NCBI GenBank assembly: GCA_965207455.1
Contig: CBDBMJ010000001.1
Span: 288,001 to 352,000 of the forward strand
From: Bdellovibrionota bacterium
GTDB taxonomy: Bacteria; Bdellovibrionota; UBA1018; CAIPTA01; JAALKR01
Direction of reading: 5' to 3'
DNA length: 64,000 bases
The translations under genes and the position numbers were made by a program. The notes beneath the pieces were generated by a model. It was not told the DNA's origin, did not search any database, and saw only the letters and a program-made list of their open reading frames with translations. The stretch's first letter is position 1, and the number at the start of each line of letters is the position of its first letter. Of the stretch, positions 29,125 through 37,335 are shown in pieces.

Positions 29125-29910
29125 ATGCCCTCAACAGAAGATAAAATAAAAAATTATGCTCAAATATTGGACCAATCGGTTCAAAAGGCTATGGATATTA
29201 GGAGATTTACCGCTGACGATCCTTCTCTTACGGTGGAAGAGGGTTATCGCATTCAAGAACAGGGTATTGTTTTGCGCTTAGGGCGCGGGGAATGTGTTGT
29301 TGGTCATAAGATGGGGTTGACCTCTCAAGCAAAGATGGAGCAAATGGGAGTTACCAGTCCTATTCGTGGTGTTCTAACAGACGTGATGGAGATCAATTCT
29401 AAGAACTCTTTTTGTTTACAGCAAACGATCCATCCAAAAGTGGAGCCGGAGATTGCTTTTATTACGAGCAATAACCTTTCGGGAGGTTCTGGACCGGAGG
29501 AAATTCGAAATGCTTGTACCCATGTTTGCCTTGCTCTGGAGATTATTGATTCCCGTTATACAAATTTCGACTTTACATTGGCAGACGTGGTGGCAGACAA
29601 TTGCTCTTCCTCTGGGTTTGTGATCAGTTCTTCCCGTTACTCGCTCCAGTCCTTGGATTTAAAAAATATCCGTATGGAGTTATACGAAGGGGAGGAGAAA
29701 AAACAAGAGGGTAATTCCCGTGCCATACTTGGAGATCCCATGGCTTCTGTTATAGAGTTAGTAAAAATGTTAGGTATGGAAAATAAAAGTCTTCCCAAGG
29801 GTTCCATTGTATTAGCGGGAGCAGCCACGGCAGCGATTCCCATGAAACCTCAGCAGACGTACCGACTGGTAACTCAAGAGATGGGATCTTTAGTAATTCG
29901 TACAAAATAA
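29125..29910 (+). CDS. 4-oxalocrotonate decarboxylase (DmpH/AmnE-like)
   Basis: GHKMGLTSQAKM.QMGV, IHPKVEPEIAF, EIIDSRY, VVADNCSS and LAGAAT. Confidence 0.85.
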   Translation: MPSTEDKIKNYAQILDQSVQKAMDIRRFTADDPSLTVEEGYRIQEQGIVLRLGRGECVVGHKMGLTSQAKMEQMGVTSPIRGVLTDVMEINSKNSFCLQQTIHPKVEPEIAFITSNNLSGGSGPEEIRNACTHVCLALEIIDSRYTNFDFTLADVVADNCSSSGFVISSSRYSLQSLDLKNIRMELYEGEEKKQEGNSRAILGDPMASVIELVKMLGMENKSLPKGSIVLAGAATAAIPMKPQQTYRLVTQEMGSLVIRTK

Positions 29911-30223
29911 ATATTCATATCCATGGTCCTGTTATTTTACATGACAGCTTAATTAAATAATTTTATTTTCTCTAATAATACACTCAGCACGGTGTGCAGG
30001 AATTAATGAACACCAATCGATACACGGAGTCCGTTGTATTTTATTTTTAGGTTTAAAAAAAAAGGATAAACAATAAATAAAGTATTGAAATAGTGGATCC
30101 AACACAGTATTCTTTTTACTAGTAGCTTTTGTTTCAAGATGGAAGTTGCTAAAGAGTGTGTGAATTAAAATAGAATGTATATATATTAAAGAGTGTAATA
30201 TATATGTATTTGCAGTGTATTAA

Positions 30224-33070
30224 ATGAAGGGGAAAGAGATGACTTATTTTAGATTGTTATTTACGTTAATTTTTGTATTATTTGCTGGATGTTCCAGCAA
30301 TCTGGCAGAAGATCCTGCAGGAGGTTCTGGAGTAACTGAACCACCAACATTAGCGGTAACAGTGAGTTTAGTCTCGGCATCACCATCATTTATTGATGCG
30401 CCAGAATTTAGTATTGCCTTAAAAGAACCTGTGAGTGGTTACACATTAGGCTTGCATGTGGGAGAAGATTGTAGCGGCGATTCTTTTGGAACAGCAACAG
30501 TGGATGTAGAAGCAACGTATACAATTACTTCAAGCGCTTTAGATAGTGTGGGCAGCTATGACTATCGTGTGAGTTATACAACGGCAGAAGGAGAACTCTC
30601 TTTTTGTTCTGAATCAGTAGCCTATCAATTGGTTGGTGGTCCTGTATTGGGTCGTAGTGCTTCTTCTTTTAGCGGAGGAGAATCTGAGTTATCTGTTGCC
30701 ATAGATGGTATGGCAGTGGGTGTACTGGCACTGTATTTGGGTGCTGGTTGTGCAGGAGATCCTATGGAAAATGCTGTTATAGGTTTTAACCCTACAGGTT
30801 CTGTGACTATAACAGCAACTGGGCTTTCTGATCCAGGGAGCCACAGCTATTCTGTTAAATATACATTAGGCGAAGGTGGGGAATCCAAGTGTTCTGAAGA
30901 GTTGGCCTATGTGTTAGTTGGTTTGCCTGTATTAAGTCTTAGTTCTCCTTCTCCTAGTTTTAGCGGAACACCTGAACTATCTATTGCTATAGATAATATG
31001 GCAGCAGGTTCTATAACATTGCACTTGGATACTGCTTGTGAAGGTAATAGTGTGGGAAGAGCAGCCATAGACTCTAGCACTACAGGTGCTGTGAGTGTAA
31101 CTGCAGATCCGTATCCAGCAACCAACCGCTCCTATTATGCTAAATATACATTAGGCACAGGTGGGGAATCTGCCTGTACCGATGGAGTAGATTATGTGCA
31201 AGTTGGTAAACCTGAATTGAGTTTTAGTTCTTCTTCTGTTTCTTTTGATGAAGCAGCATTTGATCTATCAGTTAGTTTAGTGAATAGTCTGGCAGGTAAC
31301 CTAACATTGCATTCGAGTGCTGACTGTACGGGGGATGCTGTAGAAACTGTTGCTGTAGCTGCTGGTTCGGATACTGAAAGTATAACGGCACCTAGTGCTG
31401 CAACAGGTGAGCATACCTATTCTGTTAACTATACATTAGATGCAGATGGAGAGACTGCTTGCTCTCAAGCAGTGATTTATAGGGTGGTTGGTGAACCTGA
31501 ATTGAGTCTTCGTTCTCCTTCTCCTGGTTTTAGCGAAACACCTGAACTATCTATTGCTATAGAGGGTATCGTACCAGGTTCCATAGCATTATATGCGAGT
31601 GCTGACTGTACAGGAACTTCTGTGGGAGATGCGACCATAGCTTTCGGTTCTACGGGTTCTGTAAGTGTAATAGCAACTGCGGCTTCTTCGTCTTATTCTG
31701 CTAAATATACACTAGCTACAAATGATGCATCAACGGCACCAACGGCTTGTTCTGACCCAGTAGTTTATGCACAAGCTAGCAAGCCCGTATTAAGTCTTAG
31801 TTCTTCTTCTCCTGCTTTTGCCTCGAGTGCACCAGCAGCAGCACTATCTGTTGGAATAGCTAATCCTCTTGCGGGTGCACTATCATTGCATTTGAGTGCT
31901 GATTGTACGGGGGATGCTCAGAGTACTGAGGCGATAGTTTCTGGAACCACAAGTCCTGTAAGTATAACAGCAGCGGCAGTTTCTGAAGCAGGTAACTATA
32001 GCTATTCTGCTAAATATACATTGGAAAATAGAGAATCTAACTGCTCTGGATCTGTAGATTATCAGTTAGTTGGTAATCCTGCATTGAGCTTTGCTCCCTC
32101 TTTTAGTCCAACGCCATCAGGAAATGTTGATATATTTAATAGTGCAGCAGGTTCCCTATCATTGCATGCAAGTGCTGATTGTTCGGGAGATTCTGTGGGA
32201 AGTGTCGACGTAGTTGCGGGAGCGGTACAAGTTGTAGATATAACAGCAACAGCGGCACTTTCTGCAGCAGGTAACTATGGCTATTCTGCTAAATATACAC
32301 TAACTGCAAATGCAGAGTCCGACTGTTCTGGAGAAGCAAGCTATAATCTCGTTACACCTGATCTTGAGATAAAAACTCCTACCTATAGAACTGTAACAGC
32401 GGGTGGGGATTTTGATTCAGACAATGGAGTGTATTCAGGTAGTAATGCAAACTTTATTGCCCATGTTGCCAGCGGCTTACTTACCGAGGGTAGTACTGTT
32501 AATCTCTATAGCGATGCAGCTTGTGCCACTCTTGTAAAAGGAGGCGAAACCCTGGCTGAAAAAGAAGTGGATTTTACTATGAAGGAGACTACAGAAGGTA
32601 GCTATTCTTATTATGCAAAAGAAGTGGGTTCGAGTGGTGATTTATCTCTTTGCTCCAGTGTTGCTACTTATAATCTAGTTGCGCCTGTTTTAGACCTCAC
32701 AACAGATCAGTCTGCTTCAGCCACGAGTATTGCGCTTACTATAACGGACTTTGCTAACATTCATGATGATGGCAGTTCGAACACGGATGCCAATAGTCTT
32801 TTTCTTTATTTTTCGGAGAGTAATGATCCATTCTCTCCCAAATGCTCGGACATCCGGTTTGATTTAGGTAGCGCCATAACAGGAAATGTTACTGGTATAA
32901 GTGTAGCGCTTCCTGCAGGTGACCAGTTCGCACCAAAAGATAGCGAGAATATATACCGTATTTGGGCTCAACATGAAGGAATCTTTGATGACGACGTAAC
33001 CTTAAAGGAATGTTTCTTTACAGGTGTTGTGTTTGAAAACACGGATATTCCTTCATCGCGATTAAGGTAA
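30224..33070 (+). CDS. Large surface lipoprotein with about 8 tandem ~95-aa two-Cys beta-rich repeats plus a terminal domain
   Basis: FAGC lipobox; repeated P.LS...G.L.LH..A.C.G...IT...YS.KYTL...CS..V.Y units; Ser/Thr/Ala/Gly-rich. Confidence 0.8.
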   Translation: MKGKEMTYFRLLFTLIFVLFAGCSSNLAEDPAGGSGVTEPPTLAVTVSLVSASPSFIDAPEFSIALKEPVSGYTLGLHVGEDCSGDSFGTATVDVEATYTITSSALDSVGSYDYRVSYTTAEGELSFCSESVAYQLVGGPVLGRSASSFSGGESELSVAIDGMAVGVLALYLGAGCAGDPMENAVIGFNPTGSVTITATGLSDPGSHSYSVKYTLGEGGESKCSEELAYVLVGLPVLSLSSPSPSFSGTPELSIAIDNMAAGSITLHLDTACEGNSVGRAAIDSSTTGAVSVTADPYPATNRSYYAKYTLGTGGESACTDGVDYVQVGKPELSFSSSSVSFDEAAFDLSVSLVNSLAGNLTLHSSADCTGDAVETVAVAAGSDTESITAPSAATGEHTYSVNYTLDADGETACSQAVIYRVVGEPELSLRSPSPGFSETPELSIAIEGIVPGSIALYASADCTGTSVGDATIAFGSTGSVSVIATAASSSYSAKYTLATNDASTAPTACSDPVVYAQASKPVLSLSSSSPAFASSAPAAALSVGIANPLAGALSLHLSADCTGDAQSTEAIVSGTTSPVSITAAAVSEAGNYSYSAKYTLENRESNCSGSVDYQLVGNPALSFAPSFSPTPSGNVDIFNSAAGSLSLHASADCSGDSVGSVDVVAGAVQVVDITATAALSAAGNYGYSAKYTLTANAESDCSGEASYNLVTPDLEIKTPTYRTVTAGGDFDSDNGVYSGSNANFIAHVASGLLTEGSTVNLYSDAACATLVKGGETLAEKEVDFTMKETTEGSYSYYAKEVGSSGDLSLCSSVATYNLVAPVLDLTTDQSASATSIALTITDFANIHDDGSSNTDANSLFLYFSESNDPFSPKCSDIRFDLGSAITGNVTGISVALPAGDQFAPKDSENIYRIWAQHEGIFDDDVTLKECFFTGVVFENTDIPSSRLR
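32561..33041 (+). repeat. Direct repeat copy 1 (3' end of lipoprotein 1)
   Basis: Matches 35651-36131 at a 3090-bp offset. The core 32681-33021 vs 35771-36111 differs at only two positions by eye. Confidence 0.95.
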
Positions 33071-33083
33071 ATATTCTCTTGAC

Positions 33084-33111
33084 CACCAAGGTGCGTTTTA
33101 GCACCTTGGTG
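33084..33111 (+). terminator. Perfect 11-bp hairpin after the first lipoprotein gene
   Basis: CACCAAGGTGC-GTTTTA-GCACCTTGGTG with only a weak U tail. Confidence 0.55.
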
Positions 33112-33239
33112 TCTTGACATTTTGGTGTCTTGCCGTCACCGTATAATTTATTGAAAAATATTCTTTCTTGCCGTGTACAATATACGGATAAATTATTTTC
33201 ATTTCTGTAAATAAAAAATAGACTATAATTTCCATTGAG

Positions 33240-34652
33240 GTGAGTATGGTTTATTTTCAGTTACTATTTTTATTTGTTATAGTGTTTTCCACTGGATGTG
33301 ATAGGAAGTCCACAGCAAGTTCTAGGCAGAGCGCTACGCCGCCATTTGTATTGCCGGTCTCGCCATCATTTAATCTTGAACCAGTGTTTACTATTATGTT
33401 GTCCAATCCTGTGGATGGTTCCATATTAGGTTTACACGAGGGAGCAGGTTGTGCTGGCACTTCGATGGGAATGGTGAGAGTCAGTGGCACGACAGAAGAG
33501 AATTATACAATTACGTCCAGTGCCTTGAGTGCGCCAGGTGATTATAATTATTATGTGAGTTATACGTCAGGAAATACCACTCTTTGTTCCTCAAGGGTAG
33601 AATATAGGCTAATTGGTGAGCCTGTATTAAGCTTTAGTTCGCCTTCTTTTAGTCCAAAGCCGGCAGTATCCGTTAGTATAGGGAACATGATGGAGGGTGA
33701 ATTGACATTGCATTTGGGTGCTGGCTGTACGGGCAGTAGTGTGGGGAGTGCCACCATAGATTCTAATGCTACGGGTGTTATAAGTATAACAGGAGATGCG
33801 CTTTCTGTAGCAGGCAGCCAGTTTTATTCTGCTAAGTACCAGATTGGTGCAGGTATGAATGGAGATAGTCGTTGTTCTGGAGTGGCGGAATATGTTCTCA
33901 GCACACCTGATCCTATAATAAAAACGCCTAGCTACAAATCTGGAATAACGGGAGGGAATTTTGTTTTAGCAAATAGAGTTTATCCGGGTAGTAATGCAGA
34001 TTTTACTGTTCATGTTGCCAGTGATTTACTCACTGAAGATAGTACGGTTAAGCTCTATAGTGATGCCGCTTGCAGTACTTTTCTGGAAGAAAAAATAACT
34101 CCAAGTGGAAGAGCTGTGGATTTTACTATCAATAAAACTACGGAAGGTGATTACTCTTATTATGCAAAAGAAGTGAGTGCGACTAGTGAGGATATATCTC
34201 TTTGTTCCAGTGCTGTTACTTATAAATTATTTGCGCCTATTCTGCAACTCACAACAAGTTCTCCATCGGACGCAATGGCTATGGAGATTACAGTGTTGGA
34301 TTTTACAAATATTGATCCGCTCCCTTCGGGTACAGTCCTCCCTCCCGGTGTGTCGGGCGATAATGAGCTTACAATTTACTATCAACCCAGTACTGATTTA
34401 ACATCGGCACCATGTAGTAAAGATTTCCTTGCCTTTCGAGGTTCTGGTGATACTGCGGTAAAAGCAGATGCCTCTATTTCTATCGATATTCCAACAGCCA
34501 CCACCGGTTTTGGTTTATTAAAAGATGTTAACGATATTTATCGTATTTGGGTTGAGCATAAAGCGCCATACGGTTCCTCTATTAAAGTAAAAGATTGTTT
34601 TTTTTCAGGTATAGTTTTTGAAGACTATGATGTATCCACTGCCCAACAATAA
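33240..34652 (+). CDS. Surface lipoprotein paralog (3 repeats + divergent terminal domain)
   Basis: STGC lipobox and the same two-Cys repeat family as 30224-33070. Confidence 0.8.
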   Translation: MSMVYFQLLFLFVIVFSTGCDRKSTASSRQSATPPFVLPVSPSFNLEPVFTIMLSNPVDGSILGLHEGAGCAGTSMGMVRVSGTTEENYTITSSALSAPGDYNYYVSYTSGNTTLCSSRVEYRLIGEPVLSFSSPSFSPKPAVSVSIGNMMEGELTLHLGAGCTGSSVGSATIDSNATGVISITGDALSVAGSQFYSAKYQIGAGMNGDSRCSGVAEYVLSTPDPIIKTPSYKSGITGGNFVLANRVYPGSNADFTVHVASDLLTEDSTVKLYSDAACSTFLEEKITPSGRAVDFTINKTTEGDYSYYAKEVSATSEDISLCSSAVTYKLFAPILQLTTSSPSDAMAMEITVLDFTNIDPLPSGTVLPPGVSGDNELTIYYQPSTDLTSAPCSKDFLAFRGSGDTAVKADASISIDIPTATTGFGLLKDVNDIYRIWVEHKAPYGSSIKVKDCFFSGIVFEDYDVSTAQQ

Positions 34653-34765
34653 TTAATTTATATTTAGTTTAAACTTTATAATTTTTTTTTGTTATTTGAA
34701 AAAAATCTGTCTATAATTTCTAATAGGAGTTTTTGAGATGAAAAAATATTAAAAAGGAGGAGAAG

Positions 34766-36157
34766 ATGAATTATTTTAAATTGTTATTTGTATTAAGTTT
34801 CATATTTTTTGTTGGGTGTGGCAGTGATTCTATAAAGAGCACTACTACTGATGATCATCCTGACACTGAAATCCCATTAATAGTGGGTTTGTTAACGGTA
34901 TCGCCGGCATTTATCGATACGCCAAATTTCAACATTATATTGCTGGATCCTTTAGACGGTTCCATATTGACCTTACATAAGGCATCGGCTTGTAGTGATG
35001 CTCCTCTTGGCACAGCAACGGTTACTGATAATACAGCCTATGCGATAACTTCAAGTGCTTTAGATAGCCCGGGCAATTATAACTACTATGTGAAGTATAC
35101 ACCGTCAGATGGAGGTAGAACTTTTTGTTCCTCAGGGATGCCCTACCAGCTAATTGGTGAACCTGTGTTAACCCTTACTTCTTCTTCCCCCTCTTTTAGT
35201 GGGACATCACCAGAAATATCTATTGCCATAGAGAACAGTATAGCGGGTAGCCTAACATTACATCCGGATGCTACTTGTGGGGGTAGTAGTCTGGGAAGTG
35301 CTACTGTGGGTTCTGGATCCGCACCACTAACCATAACAGCACCCATGGTTTCCATATCAGGTAATCATACCTATTCTGTTAAATATACATTAGATACAAA
35401 TGCAGCACTCATCTGTTCTGGAGAAGTAACCTATGTTCTTGCCACACCTGAAGTTAAGATAAAAACTCCTACCTACAAATCTGCAATAACGGGAGGAGAT
35501 TTTCCTTCAGCAAATGGAGTATATTCAGGCAGTAATGCAAATTTTATTGTTCAGATTGCTAGCGATTTACTTACCGAGGGCAGTACTGTTAACCTCTACA
35601 GCGATGCAACTTGTACCACTCTTCTGTTAGGAGGAACAACCCCAGCTACAAAAGAAGTGGATTTAACTATGAAGGAGACTACAGAAGGTAGCTATTCTTA
35701 TTATGCAAAAGAAGTGGGTTCGAGTGGTGATTTATCTCTTTGTTCCAGTGCTGGATCGTATAATCTGATAGCGCCTGTTTTAGACCTCACAACAGATCAG
35801 TCTGCTTCAGCCACGAGTATTGCGCTTACTATAACGGACTTTGCTAACATTCATGATGATGGCAGTTCGAACACGGATGCCAATAATCTTTTTCTTTATT
35901 TTTCGGAGAGTAATGATCCATTCTCTCCCAAATGCTCGGACATCCGGTTTGATTTAGGTAGCGCCATAACAGGAAATGTTACTGGTATAAGTGTAGCGCT
36001 TCCTGCAGGTAACCAGTTCGCACCAAAAGATAGCGAGAATATATACCGTATTTGGGCTCAACATGAAGGAATCTTTGATGACGACGTAACCTTAAAGGAA
36101 TGTTTCTTTACGGGTGTTGTTTTTGAAAATACAGCTCCGCCATCGCAGTTACGGTAA
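34766..36157 (+). CDS. Surface lipoprotein paralog (3 repeats + terminal domain nearly identical to gene 1)
   Basis: AGGAGG RBS, FVGC lipobox and the same repeat family. Confidence 0.8.
   Translation: MNYFKLLFVLSFIFFVGCGSDSIKSTTTDDHPDTEIPLIVGLLTVSPAFIDTPNFNIILLDPLDGSILTLHKASACSDAPLGTATVTDNTAYAITSSALDSPGNYNYYVKYTPSDGGRTFCSSGMPYQLIGEPVLTLTSSSPSFSGTSPEISIAIENSIAGSLTLHPDATCGGSSLGSATVGSGSAPLTITAPMVSISGNHTYSVKYTLDTNAALICSGEVTYVLATPEVKIKTPTYKSAITGGDFPSANGVYSGSNANFIVQIASDLLTEGSTVNLYSDATCTTLLLGGTTPATKEVDLTMKETTEGSYSYYAKEVGSSGDLSLCSSAGSYNLIAPVLDLTTDQSASATSIALTITDFANIHDDGSSNTDANNLFLYFSESNDPFSPKCSDIRFDLGSAITGNVTGISVALPAGNQFAPKDSENIYRIWAQHEGIFDDDVTLKECFFTGVVFENTAPPSQLR
35651..36131 (+). repeat. Direct repeat copy 2 (3' end of lipoprotein 3)
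   Basis: Near-identical to 32561-33041. Confidence 0.95.
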
Positions 36158-37270
36158 ATTGCTTTCGTGGAGAGCAAGCAGATCCACCAGGACTAGGGCA
36201 GCCATTGCTTCCACAATGGGAACTGCTCTTGGTAGGGGAAATAGATCATGGCGTCCTTGTACGGAAATGATTGTTTCCTCTCCTGTTTGCATATTAGTAC
36301 TGGCAATGGGTTGGGGAATGCTTGTGGGGGCATGAAAGTCGACGGAAAGCCATAGAGGGTTTCCCGTGGTCATGCCACCTAGGAGTCCACCGTGACGATT
36401 TCCATCTATTTTTAATAGCCCCGTTTTACTTTTTACAATGGGATCTCGAATCATGGATCCTGGTCGATAGCTCATCTTCTGACCTCCACCCAATTGCACT
36501 CCCACAGTGGCAGGTAAGGTCATCATGGCATGGGCAAGCAGTGCACTGGCTTTGTCGAAAATAGGTTCTCCCAGTCCTGGAGGAAGCCCTTGCACCCAAC
36601 ACTCCACAGCCCCGCCCAAGCTATTTTTTTCTTCCCTAGTTCTTATTAAAAGTTCTTCAAAGGGTTGAATATTGTCGATGGGAAGGCAGAGCTTGTTGTT
36701 TTTTCTATGGGCATCGATTCGTGGCCATAGGTCTTGGGTAAGTTCTCGGGTTTCGTGGAAGGGAATTTCCTTACGGGGAACCTGCATTTCTCCAATGCGG
36801 GACACGAACGCTAGGATTTCAATATTTTTCCTGCTTAGAATTTTCTTTGCAATGGTAGCTCCAGCAACTCGAGCCACTGTTTCCCGGGCACTAAGCCTTC
36901 CACCGCCGCGAAAGTCCCGATGGGAATGTTTTTTTTGGGTGGTGAAGTCTCCATGACCGGGTCGGGGAGTATGTTCAAACTGAGTATAGTCTTGGCTATG
37001 GGTATTTTGATTTTTTATGACTAGGCTGATGGGAGTGCCCGTGGTTTTTCCTTGAAATACACCGCTTTGTATATGTACTTCGTCCGTTTCTTTTCTTGTC
37101 GTGCTGTATGCATTTTGTCCTCCACGCCTGCGGTTCATGTCTTTCTGAAAATCTTCTTGGGTGAGAGGAATTCCGGAGGGACAACCGTCCACCACAACAC
37201 CGTTAGCGGCACCATGGCTTTCTCCCCAAGTGGTAATTCGAAAAATGCGACCAAAACTATTTCCCTTCAT
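36149..37270 (-). CDS. aroC: Chorismate synthase
   Basis: Motifs TTWGESHG, TTGTPI, PRPGHGD, RGGGRLSARETVARVA, GLGEPIFDK and GRHD. Confidence 0.96.
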   Translation of the reverse strand: MKGNSFGRIFRITTWGESHGAANGVVVDGCPSGIPLTQEDFQKDMNRRRGGQNAYSTTRKETDEVHIQSGVFQGKTTGTPISLVIKNQNTHSQDYTQFEHTPRPGHGDFTTQKKHSHRDFRGGGRLSARETVARVAGATIAKKILSRKNIEILAFVSRIGEMQVPRKEIPFHETRELTQDLWPRIDAHRKNNKLCLPIDNIQPFEELLIRTREEKNSLGGAVECWVQGLPPGLGEPIFDKASALLAHAMMTLPATVGVQLGGGQKMSYRPGSMIRDPIVKSKTGLLKIDGNRHGGLLGGMTTGNPLWLSVDFHAPTSIPQPIASTNMQTGEETIISVQGRHDLFPLPRAVPIVEAMAALVLVDLLALHESNLP

Positions 37271-37335
37271 ACGATCCCCCTATTTCCTTCTGCTTTTATA
37301 TAGCATATACTAAGTGGTTAGGGGGAGGGTATGGA

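Noticed and set aside
32561..36131. Diversity-generating retroelement TR/VR pair
   Set aside because: Both copies are inside coding 3' ends, the core has only two differences, and there is no reverse transcriptase in the window.
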